Under the pieces are notes generated by a model that saw nothing but the letters and a program-made list of their open reading frames with translations, searched no databases and was not told the DNA's origin. Below, in pieces: positions 29,253 to 36,596 of a DNA stretch of 37,647 bases. Numbering within the stretch: the first letter of the stretch is position 1; every line of letters begins with the position of its first letter. The translations under genes were made by a program, and so were the position numbers. The stretch lies in IMG/VR virus record IMGVR_UViG_3300010342_000399. The stretch is one strand, 5' to 3'. Source of the stretch: an uncultured virus (IMG/VR IMGVR_UViG_3300010342_000399) (taxonomy: Duplodnaviria > Heunggongvirae > Uroviricota > Caudoviricetes).

Positions 29253-30616
29253 TATTCGTTAAAATATTTACTTAATGTTTCTTTAACACCAGTATTAATC
29301 ATATTAGATAATTCATCAAGATCTAATTCTTTAACAGTATCATCGTCTATTTCCGTATTTGTTGAAATAAGTGTTGAATCTAATTCTTCATCGGTTTCTT
29401 TAGGTTTTTCTGTTTGTATAGTTAGTCCTTCTGGTTCATCATCATAATCAAAGTCTTCTTCTTGATCAATATCTTTTTTAGCGTATTTTTTAGCCTTTTT
29501 CATTTCTTTCGAATCGAAACTATTTATGAAGTCAGCATCAAGATCTTCATCATCATAATCAGATGAATAATAATCATAATCTTCAAATCCGGTTTCTAAC
29601 TCATTAATTTCGGCATCATCATAATCAAAGTCTTCTTCTTGATCAATATCTTTTTTAGCGTATTTTTTAGCCTTTTTCATTTCTTTCGAATCGAAAGTAT
29701 TTATGAAGTCATCATCAAGATCTTCATCATCATCATAATCAGATGAATAATAATCATAATCTTCAAATCCGGTTTCCAATTCTTTAATTTCCATATTATC
29801 ATCTTCAAATGGTTCAGAAATTAATTCCTCTAATGATTTAATACCATCTAAATTATCATCATAATTAAAATTCTCTTCTTCTCCTATTTCATTTTCTGGT
29901 GGAGGATTTGGTAACCCTTCTCCAGCACTATTTTCAACATCACTAGTTTCATCTTTGGGTTCAAATTTTTCAAGAATTTCTTCTCTATCGTTATCGTCAA
30001 GTTGTTGTTGAAGATCGACACCTGATAAAACTTGCATAATGGCCGCTTTAATATCTTTACTTTCAAGTTTATTTTTATATGCCATTAATTTTTGTTGAAG
30101 TTTACCTGATAATTTTTGTATAACTTTAAGATAATCATCTTTATCTGGTTCAGATGGCTCTTCTTCATCTGGCATTTCATTTTCTGGCGCGCTGGTGGGT
30201 TCACCCGGCGGTGGTGGCAATTCAACTGTCGGTTTAGGAATCGGGGATTCTTCTCGTGGAGCAAGTGATGGCTCTGCCTTTTTTCTTTTCAACACATATT
30301 TAGTTGCTTCTTCAAGTTTTTCTTGTTCAACGAGGAATTCGAGTTTTTTATAGGCTTCATTATATGACGAAAACCTATTTTTATTTTTCATGAATAAGCC
30401 GCCAATATAATCTAAACTATTTTCACTCGGTCCTTTTTTTACATAATAACCGTCTTTTTCTTTAACAACACCATAAATTCCCGTTGCCGTTTCTTTAATA
30501 ATATTAGTTATTTTTTGTGAACTTTCTGGAGTTTGATAATATGTTAGTTCAAGGATGCGTTTTAATTTCGCATCTGGCTGTAACTTTTCACTCCCTATTG
30601 GTTTTAATTCTCCCAT
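29252..30616 (-). CDS. Acidic hypothetical protein with an internal tandem duplication of about 60 aa
   Basis: 454 aa; TATTTATT at 30658-30651 upstream. Confidence 0.8.
   Translation of the reverse strand: MGELKPIGSEKLQPDAKLKRILELTYYQTPESSQKITNIIKETATGIYGVVKEKDGYYVKKGPSENSLDYIGGLFMKNKNRFSSYNEAYKKLEFLVEQEKLEEATKYVLKRKKAEPSLAPREESPIPKPTVELPPPPGEPTSAPENEMPDEEEPSEPDKDDYLKVIQKLSGKLQQKLMAYKNKLESKDIKAAIMQVLSGVDLQQQLDDNDREEILEKFEPKDETSDVENSAGEGLPNPPPENEIGEEENFNYDDNLDGIKSLEELISEPFEDDNMEIKELETGFEDYDYYSSDYDDDEDLDDDFINTFDSKEMKKAKKYAKKDIDQEEDFDYDDAEINELETGFEDYDYYSSDYDDEDLDADFINSFDSKEMKKAKKYAKKDIDQEEDFDYDDEPEGLTIQTEKPKETDEELDSTLISTNTEIDDDTVKELDLDELSNMINTGVKETLSKYFNE
29437..29791. repeat. Near-identical in-frame tandem duplication, period 177-180 bp
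   Basis: CATCATCATAATCAAAGTC... starts at 29437 and 29614; CTTCAAATCCGGTTTC at 29581 and 29761; a few substitutions and one 3-bp indel. Confidence 0.95.
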
Positions 30617-30683
30617 TGTTATAAATTTAAATAATTAATTATTTCTTAACAATAAATACAACTATAAGTTGAAAAAATATTGT

Positions 30684-31454
30684 TTATGATTCATCTACCG
30701 ATAATTTAATATCGGTTATTTCTTTTTTAAGGTCTATTAATTTTTTAATATATCCATTTCTCCTAAGTAGCTTAAAGGTGAGATTTTCATACGAATATTC
30801 ACCACCATCGTGTAAGCCAGCTTGTCTAAATCGTTTTATTTTGTTTTTTATTTCATCGATATCTGAACTGATATCAATATTTTGTTTTTTCTTTTCAATT
30901 AAATCATCAATCTGTTTGGCATATTCCTCACCTTTTTCTATGATTATTCTATCATCAATTTTTTTCTTTTCTTTCTGAGGTTTAATAATCCAGACATCAT
31001 TAAGTATAGAATAAACGCCACTTGAGATGTGTTCTTCGGTCACATCTTGAACATAAAGTTCAACTTCATATTTTTTAATTTTAATGTCATGTAAAGCATT
31101 CCATACGCCCTTTTTAGCATTAAAAAATTCTTTTAATAAATTAATATTATGGCCGGTTTCTTCATAATCAATAATAATATGAAGATCAATATCTGAAAAT
31201 TCCGACCAATTATAATTTGCTAAGGAACCAGTAAGAACAATATCATGAATAAAAAAATCAACACCAAGAAACTCAATAAAATTATCACTAATTTCCAGTA
31301 ATTTTTTTCTAATTACTGGTTTCATTATATATGTGTTATTTATATGATCAAAAATATCTGTAGATAAAGTATCTTTAGCATAAAATGTTTTTATGATTTT
31401 TTCATCATAACCTCTGTCTTCAGATAATTCATCAACTAGTGATTTTTTATTCAT
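30684..31454 (-). CDS. Pol-beta superfamily nucleotidyltransferase
   Basis: IVLTGSLANYNW...SDIDLHII (hGS...DxD) with a third acidic strand EVELYV. Confidence 0.8.
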   Translation of the reverse strand: MNKKSLVDELSEDRGYDEKIIKTFYAKDTLSTDIFDHINNTYIMKPVIRKKLLEISDNFIEFLGVDFFIHDIVLTGSLANYNWSEFSDIDLHIIIDYEETGHNINLLKEFFNAKKGVWNALHDIKIKKYEVELYVQDVTEEHISSGVYSILNDVWIIKPQKEKKKIDDRIIIEKGEEYAKQIDDLIEKKKQNIDISSDIDEIKNKIKRFRQAGLHDGGEYSYENLTFKLLRRNGYIKKLIDLKKEITDIKLSVDES

Positions 31455-31696
31455 TTAATTTTTTTATATTTAAAATTCTTACCTATTTCAATATTAATGA
31501 ATTTACCTTGTGATTCCGCCATTCTAAATCTGGAGAAAAGTGGCCAAGGAACTTCATAATACTCATAAATACTTCCATTATTGAAAGTAATTGTAAGAAT
31601 TTTAGTGGTTGTATTATATGATGCATAATTTAAATTTGATGATCTAATTGCAACACTAATTGTATCACCTGAAATTTGTTCTGATATAATTGCCAT
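31451..31696 (-). CDS. KTSC domain protein
   Basis: SSNL..ASYN...L.ITFNNGSIYEY..VP...F..F..AESQGKFIN.EI. Confidence 0.9.
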   Translation of the reverse strand: MAIISEQISGDTISVAIRSSNLNYASYNTTTKILTITFNNGSIYEYYEVPWPLFSRFRMAESQGKFINIEIGKNFKYKKIK

Positions 31697-31712
31697 AATA
31701 TTTATTTTTAAT

Positions 31713-31879
31713 ATGAACTAACCATTTGCTAAAGACAAATAGGCTTCGGAAATTGTAAAAATCAAGACTTAAATCTTTCAATAAGAGAATGGACTTGCAA
31801 GAATGGACACGTTTTAGACCGTGATTTAAACGCTGCAAAGAATATTCTTAAAGAAGCACAAGTCTGTGAAACCATTTAA
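31713..31879 (+). mobile_element. tnpB: Decayed IS200/IS605-family remnant: terminal hairpin plus a C-terminal tnpB fragment
   Basis: 31742-31879 reads [39 protein letters not shown].. (Zn-ribbon end plus RuvC-III DRDxNAAxNI), with no start codon. 31713-31747 is ATGAACTAACC-ATTTG-CTAAAGA-CAAAT-AGGCTTC, an end-type hairpin. Confidence 0.85.
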
Positions 31880-31916
31880 ACCCTTATCGTTCCAATCGGA
31901 TTAGTGTTAAAATATT

Positions 31917-32228
31917 TTATTGATTATCTGATGGAATTCCTTGATCCATTTCTGGTTCTATTGGCTCAACTTCGGGTTCTTCCTCATTTCCTTGTGCTTC
32001 TAAAATTTTATCAACTAGCTCACCAACAGTATGTCCTTGATTAAGTAATTTTCTTGCAGCATCCATAAATGTATCAAAATTCAGTTCACCATTTTCTTCT
32101 GGTTCTGGTGCACCGGTTACTTCTTCAGGTGATGGGCCTGTAGACATTACTTGATTTTCTTCTTGTTCTCTAAGAACTTTCTTAATAATATTATTAAGTT
32201 TTGAATCAGTTAATTTTATTACTCTCAT
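31917..32228 (-). CDS. Acidic small protein with an IKLT..KL..IIKKVL.EQ leader
   Basis: 103 aa; shares its leader with 32247..32465. Confidence 0.8.
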   Translation of the reverse strand: MRVIKLTDSKLNNIIKKVLREQEENQVMSTGPSPEEVTGAPEPEENGELNFDTFMDAARKLLNQGHTVGELVDKILEAQGNEEEPEVEPIEPEMDQGIPSDNQ

Positions 32229-32246
32229 ATTAATTATATTTATTAT

Positions 32247-32465
32247 TTATTTATTATTTTCTTGTTTTTCAATTGATATGCGTTTTATTTTTTTTATTAA
32301 ATCATCTGGGCTATTTCCCAATTTTAATAATATTTCAACTGATTTACAAAATTTATTTTCCCAATGTTCTATAAATAATGGATAATTTTGAACATTACTT
32401 TCGCCAATTGTTTTTTTTATTAAATTATTAAATTGCTGTTCCGTTATCTTGATTCTTTTTTTCAT
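32247..32465 (-). CDS. Small protein, paralogue of 32428..32610
   Basis: EHWENKFCKSVEILLKLG..PDDLIKKIK. Confidence 0.75.
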   Translation of the reverse strand: MKKRIKITEQQFNNLIKKTIGESNVQNYPLFIEHWENKFCKSVEILLKLGNSPDDLIKKIKRISIEKQENNK

Positions 32466-32610
32466 CTTCAGATATTATTTCTTTTATTTTTATTATTAAC
32501 TCATCAATTTGGTATCCACTTTTTTTCAAAATAATGACCGATTTTTCAAATTTATTTTTCCAATGTTCTTTAACTATTGGCAAAATTTTTTTATCTTCAT
32601 TTTGATTCAT
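32428..32610 (-). CDS. Small protein, paralogue of 32247..32465
   Basis: EHWKNKFEKSVIILKKSG..IDELIIKIK; TATTTATA ends 4 nt before the ATG. Confidence 0.7.
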   Translation of the reverse strand: MNQNEDKKILPIVKEHWKNKFEKSVIILKKSGYQIDELIIKIKEIISEDEKKNQDNGTAI

Positions 32611-32634
32611 CTACTATAAATATATCTGATAGAT

Positions 32635-32662
32635 AAAAAAAACTCCCGATATTTTCGGGAGT
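32635..32662 (-). terminator. Intrinsic terminator after hsp20
   Basis: ACTCCCGA-N5-TCGGGAGT stem followed by a T-run on the minus strand. Confidence 0.8.
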
Positions 32663-32667
32663 CATTT

Positions 32668-33066
32668 TCATTGAATTTCAATGTATCGTTCATTTCTTTT
32701 TTTCTGAGTTCGAGGAATGTTAATTTCTAATACACCATTCTCTAACTTACTAAAAATTTTATCTACATCAACATCATCAGGTAGTGAATATTCTTTTTTA
32801 AAAGAACTGGTAAAATAGAAAGTATTATCGTCTGTTTCTTTTTTCTCATGTGAAATTGTGATAACAGATTCATCAACACTAATTTTTATATCTTCTTTTA
32901 CTAATCCTGGTATTGCAAATTGAATTTTATATTCATCATCCGTTGTTAAGATATTACTTCTAATTAAAGAACTTGGCGACTCAAAAAAACGATCAACCAA
33001 TAATGAAAATGGATCATTCCAAGATTTATTTTCAAAAGGATCATTCCATAATTTTAACATTGTCAT
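32668..33066 (-). CDS. Hsp20/alpha-crystallin small heat-shock protein
   Basis: IPGL.KEDIKI.V, F.KEYSLPDDVD..KI.SKLENGVLEI.IP; Shine-Dalgarno GGAGGA at 33078-33073. Confidence 0.93.
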   Translation of the reverse strand: MTMLKLWNDPFENKSWNDPFSLLVDRFFESPSSLIRSNILTTDDEYKIQFAIPGLVKEDIKISVDESVITISHEKKETDDNTFYFTSSFKKEYSLPDDVDVDKIFSKLENGVLEINIPRTQKKRNERYIEIQ

Positions 33067-33118
33067 AATTATTCCTCCTATATTTTTTTAATATTATTTA
33101 TTTTTTGAACTATATTTT

Positions 33119-33134
33119 ACAAAAAATTTGCCGC
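33119..33134 (-). promoter_or_regulatory. Sigma54-like -24/-12 element upstream of hsp20
   Basis: Minus strand GCGGCAAATTTTTTGT = GG-N10-GT (consensus TGGCAC-N5-TTGC). Confidence 0.4.
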
Positions 33135-33268
33135 AAAAAAATAACTGACAATATTTCCGATTTATTATTTTAATTAAAAATTATAGTAATTATTAGATAA
33201 AATTAACACACAATTTTTTTTCTTAAATATTTGGATTATATTTGTCTTATAAATTTAAAATTTTAAAA

Positions 33269-33502
33269 ATGAAAGAATTGGTTATTAATATAATTTCTGG
33301 AATAATTTTATTAATTGCAGTTTTGATTGTTTCATTAGTTAGTGGTACAATTTTATGGATTGTTTGGCCATATGCTATTCCGGCAGTATTACCAGGTTTA
33401 ATAGCAAATGGTATTATATCATCAAAATTAACTTGGTTTCAATCAGTATGCTTAGTCTGGTTTATATCATTATTTGTTAAAACAAAATATAATAATAAAT
33501 AA
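33269..33502 (+). CDS. Small membrane protein (likely start ATG 33269)
   Basis: Two hydrophobic stretches; TATATTTG (TAnnTTTG) box at 33237-33244. Confidence 0.7.
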   Translation: MKELVINIISGIILLIAVLIVSLVSGTILWIVWPYAIPAVLPGLIANGIISSKLTWFQSVCLVWFISLFVKTKYNNK

Positions 33503-33520
33503 CACAAAAAAAAATAACAT

Positions 33521-33766
33521 ATGTTTATAATTGAAATTGTTCTTACAATCTTCGCATGGCGAAAAGGTTGGAAATGGTATTCCTTATTACCATTGGGGTT
33601 TGTTATATTAATCGGTTTATTAATTGGATTTAGTGTTAGAATTTCTGGGGGCAACTCTAGTTATATTAAAATTTTTGGCCCCATTCTTGATATAATTGCG
33701 ATAATTATCCTTATTATATTAAATATAAAGGACCATAAAATTAATAATGAAATTAATATAATATAG
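33521..33766 (+). CDS. Small multi-pass membrane protein
   Basis: IEIVLTIFAWRKGWKW followed by two more hydrophobic helices. Confidence 0.7.
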   Translation: MFIIEIVLTIFAWRKGWKWYSLLPLGFVILIGLLIGFSVRISGGNSSYIKIFGPILDIIAIIILIILNIKDHKINNEINII

Positions 33767-33769
33767 TAT

Positions 33770-35782
33770 ATGCCTGTAGATTTTTTTGAACAACCAATAA
33801 AAGATAGTGGACAGAAGAGTAAAAAAGAAACATCATCAACGCCTATACTTGATAATTTTTCAAGAGATCTCACTAAACTAGCTAAAGAAGGAAAACTTGA
33901 CCCAATAATTGGTAGAGATAAAGAAGTTAAAAGAATTTCTCAAATTTTATCGCGTAAAAAAAAGAATAATGTTCTTATTGTTGGTGATCCTGGAGTTGGT
34001 AAAACAGCATTACTTGAAAAACTTGCTATATTAATAAGTAAAGAAGAATGCCCAAATAATTTATTAAACAAACGAGTAATATGTTTAGATTTAACCGCGA
34101 TAGTAGCAGGAACAAAATATCGAGGTCAATTTGAGGAAAGAATTAAAGGTATATTAATTGAATTACAAAATAATCGTGATGTAATAGTTTTTATTGATGA
34201 ATTACACACAATGGTAGGGGCGGGTAATGCTAGTGGTTCAATGGATGCATCTAACATATTTAAACCCGCACTTGCTCGTGGAGAATTACAATGTATTGGT
34301 TCAACAACATTTGATGATTTTAAAAAATATATTGAAAAAGACGGAGCATTAGTTAGAAGATTTCAAAAAATAATATTAAAAGAACCGACATATCAAGAAA
34401 CTATCGATATTTTAAATATGTTAAAACCGACATATGAAAAATATCATAAAGTTATATATAACCATAATGTTATTGAAACAATTGTACTATTATCATCAAA
34501 ATATATAACTGATAGACAATTTCCCGATAAAGCCATTGATATACTAGATGAATTAGGATCAGAAAAGAAAATATCTGCTAAAATTCCTGAATCAATTGAA
34601 AAATTGCGCATTGAAATTGAAAAACTTAGGGAAAAAAAATTAGAAGTCGTAAAAAATCAAAAATATGAACTAGCAATTAAATTACGTGATGAATCAAAAA
34701 AATTAGAAGAAAAAATAGAAGAAGAAAAAGAAAAATGGATTAATAATAGAGAAAAAGATCCAATAACTGTTGAAGATGTTTATGCAATAGTATCTGATAT
34801 GACAGGAATTCCAATTTTTAAACTTGATATAGAAGAAAAAAGTAATTTATTAAATCTTGAAAAACAATTATCAGATAAAGTTATTGGCCAAGATGAAGCA
34901 ATATCCACAATTGCTAAAGCAATTAGAAGAAATAGGGTGGGAATTAAAGGGACGAATAAACCCATAGGTTCATTTATATTTTTAGGTTCAACGGGTGTTG
35001 GAAAAACTTATCTAGCTAAATGTATTGCGGAGATTTTATTTGGATCCCCAGAAAAAGTTATAAGAATTGATATGAGTGAATATATGGAAAAACATAATGT
35101 TTCACGATTAATTGGATCACCGCCAGGATATGTTGGATATGAAGAAGGTGGACAATTAACAGAAAAAGTAAAAAATAATCCATTTTCTGTAATATTATTT
35201 GATGAAATAGAAAAAGCTCATAGAGATGTTTATAATATGCTTCTTCAAATATTAGACGAAGGACGATTAACAGATTCTTTTGGAAGGTATGTTAATTTTT
35301 CAAATACTCTTATTATTATGACTTCTAATGTTGGATCTCGAAAGGTATCAGAATTTGGTAAAGGAATGGGATTCACATTACCAGGAAACGAAGATCAGAT
35401 AAATAAAAATAAAAATTCGATAATATTAAAAGAATTAAAAAAACAATTTAGCCCCGAATTTTTAAATCGTATTGATAGTGCTATTATGTTTAATCCTTTG
35501 GGTGAAAGACAGCTTAAAGAAATTATTAAAATTGAAATTAATGGCTTATCTGAAAGATTAAAAGAAAAGGGATATGATATTCATTTTGATAAATCTATTC
35601 ATAACAAGATACTAGAAATGAATTCGGAAGATAATAAAGATTATGGTGCTAGACCGATTAAAAGAAATATTCAAAACTTATGTGAGGATTTCATAAGTGA
35701 TGAAATATTAAAAGATAATATTACTAAAGACCGGCGTATAACAATCAAATGTGAAAAAAACGGAGATTTAATTATAAAATAA
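33770..35782 (+). CDS. clpC: ClpC-type AAA+ unfoldase lacking the N-terminal Clp-repeat domain
   Basis: Two NBDs (GDPGVGKT/FIDELH and GSTGVGKT/FDEIEKAH), GYVG pore loop, short UVR M-domain (VVKNQKYELAIKLRD), GMGF ClpP-docking loop, YGARPIKR. Confidence 0.92.
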   Translation: MPVDFFEQPIKDSGQKSKKETSSTPILDNFSRDLTKLAKEGKLDPIIGRDKEVKRISQILSRKKKNNVLIVGDPGVGKTALLEKLAILISKEECPNNLLNKRVICLDLTAIVAGTKYRGQFEERIKGILIELQNNRDVIVFIDELHTMVGAGNASGSMDASNIFKPALARGELQCIGSTTFDDFKKYIEKDGALVRRFQKIILKEPTYQETIDILNMLKPTYEKYHKVIYNHNVIETIVLLSSKYITDRQFPDKAIDILDELGSEKKISAKIPESIEKLRIEIEKLREKKLEVVKNQKYELAIKLRDESKKLEEKIEEEKEKWINNREKDPITVEDVYAIVSDMTGIPIFKLDIEEKSNLLNLEKQLSDKVIGQDEAISTIAKAIRRNRVGIKGTNKPIGSFIFLGSTGVGKTYLAKCIAEILFGSPEKVIRIDMSEYMEKHNVSRLIGSPPGYVGYEEGGQLTEKVKNNPFSVILFDEIEKAHRDVYNMLLQILDEGRLTDSFGRYVNFSNTLIIMTSNVGSRKVSEFGKGMGFTLPGNEDQINKNKNSIILKELKKQFSPEFLNRIDSAIMFNPLGERQLKEIIKIEINGLSERLKEKGYDIHFDKSIHNKILEMNSEDNKDYGARPIKRNIQNLCEDFISDEILKDNITKDRRITIKCEKNGDLIIK

Positions 35783-35844
35783 AAAAAATTGGTTTTTAAT
35801 ATCAAAAAACGAACTTTTTCCCGATTTTAATATATTTATATCAC

Positions 35845-35928
35845 TGCAAGAATTACCTTTTCGTTTTAAATTAATGGTGTTGAACCCATTAAATGATTAA
35901 AACCCTAACAAATAGTTAGGGTTTTTTG
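35845..35928 (+). ncRNA. Candidate small structured RNA between a late-type promoter and a terminator
   Basis: TATTTATA 35833-35840, hairpin TTAATGG-N8-CCATTAA 35871-35892, terminator 35899-35927; only an 8-codon ORF inside. Boundaries are approximate. Confidence 0.4.
35899..35927 (+). terminator. Intrinsic terminator
   Basis: AAAACCCTAAC-AAATA-GTTAGGGTTTTTT. Confidence 0.85.
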
Positions 35929-35974
35929 TTTTTTATGTTTTTTTTAATTATATTATATAAAATATAAATTGATT

Positions 35975-36307
35975 ATGAAAAAAGAAACAAAATGTACAAA
36001 ATTAATGAACATCAAAAAAAATTATCATAGTTTTAGTGAGTTTTACAATAATGAACAACATAATATATATCTTAAATTAGTTGAAACATTTGAATTTTCA
36101 TTAAAAGAAAATATAGGAAAAAAATTGATCGTTATAGCAAAAATTAATAATATAACATTCGATACCACATTTGAAATAAACAAAAATAATATAGATCTTT
36201 TAGAATCAATTATTAATCCTTATTTTGAAAAATTAAATGAATTTGAAATTTGTATACGAATAAGAAATTTATGTTATGCATTTAATCATTCAATATCTTC
36301 CGTTTAG
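35975..36307 (+). CDS. Hypothetical protein with a degenerate UVR-like C-terminal motif
   Basis: ATG 35975; YFEKLNEFEICIRIRNL. Confidence 0.6.
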   Translation: MKKETKCTKLMNIKKNYHSFSEFYNNEQHNIYLKLVETFEFSLKENIGKKLIVIAKINNITFDTTFEINKNNIDLLESIINPYFEKLNEFEICIRIRNLCYAFNHSISSV

Positions 36308-36542
36308 TCTCAGGAGGTTTAGTTCCAAATTTTCTACCTAGTGTCATTTCTTTACCCTTTTCATATGTGCGAAGGCCAAGTAAAACGGCGGCAAATCCCA
36401 AAGCTTCATATGCACTTTTATCTGTCCAAATCATTAAATAAATAGCAACTCCCACAAATATCGTTGCAATTACTTTTTTTATAGAATATTCACAATCATC
36501 TCTAATAAAGCATAAAAAGAAAGAAAGAATTTTTTTAAACAT
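36282..36542 (-). CDS. Small two-TM membrane protein, holin-like
   Basis: Two hydrophobic helices, LLGL.TYEK and a basic C-tail. Holin call is inferred from topology. Confidence 0.5.
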   Translation of the reverse strand: MFKKILSFFLCFIRDDCEYSIKKVIATIFVGVAIYLMIWTDKSAYEALGFAAVLLGLRTYEKGKEMTLGRKFGTKPPETKRKILND

Positions 36543-36596
36543 ATAATTAATTTTTTTTACGTATTATTATATTATGTTTTATTGTATCTTGTGGTT

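Noticed and set aside
29437..29791. DGR template/variable repeat pair or CRISPR array
   Set aside because: Only two adjacent in-frame copies; differences are not adenine-specific (include C/G and a codon indel); no spacers, reverse transcriptase or cas genes.
30629..30644. Perfect 16 bp palindrome AAATAATTAATTATTT
   Set aside because: A/T-only, single copy, expected by chance in DNA this AT-rich.
33011..33048. Short WNDPF duplication in the Hsp20 N-terminus
   Set aside because: Real but minor: WDPF-type motifs are a normal feature of variable small heat-shock protein N-termini.
33770..35782. ClpB call for the AAA+ protein
   Set aside because: The M-domain is short (single UVR-type) and an MGF ClpP-binding loop is present, which fits ClpC.
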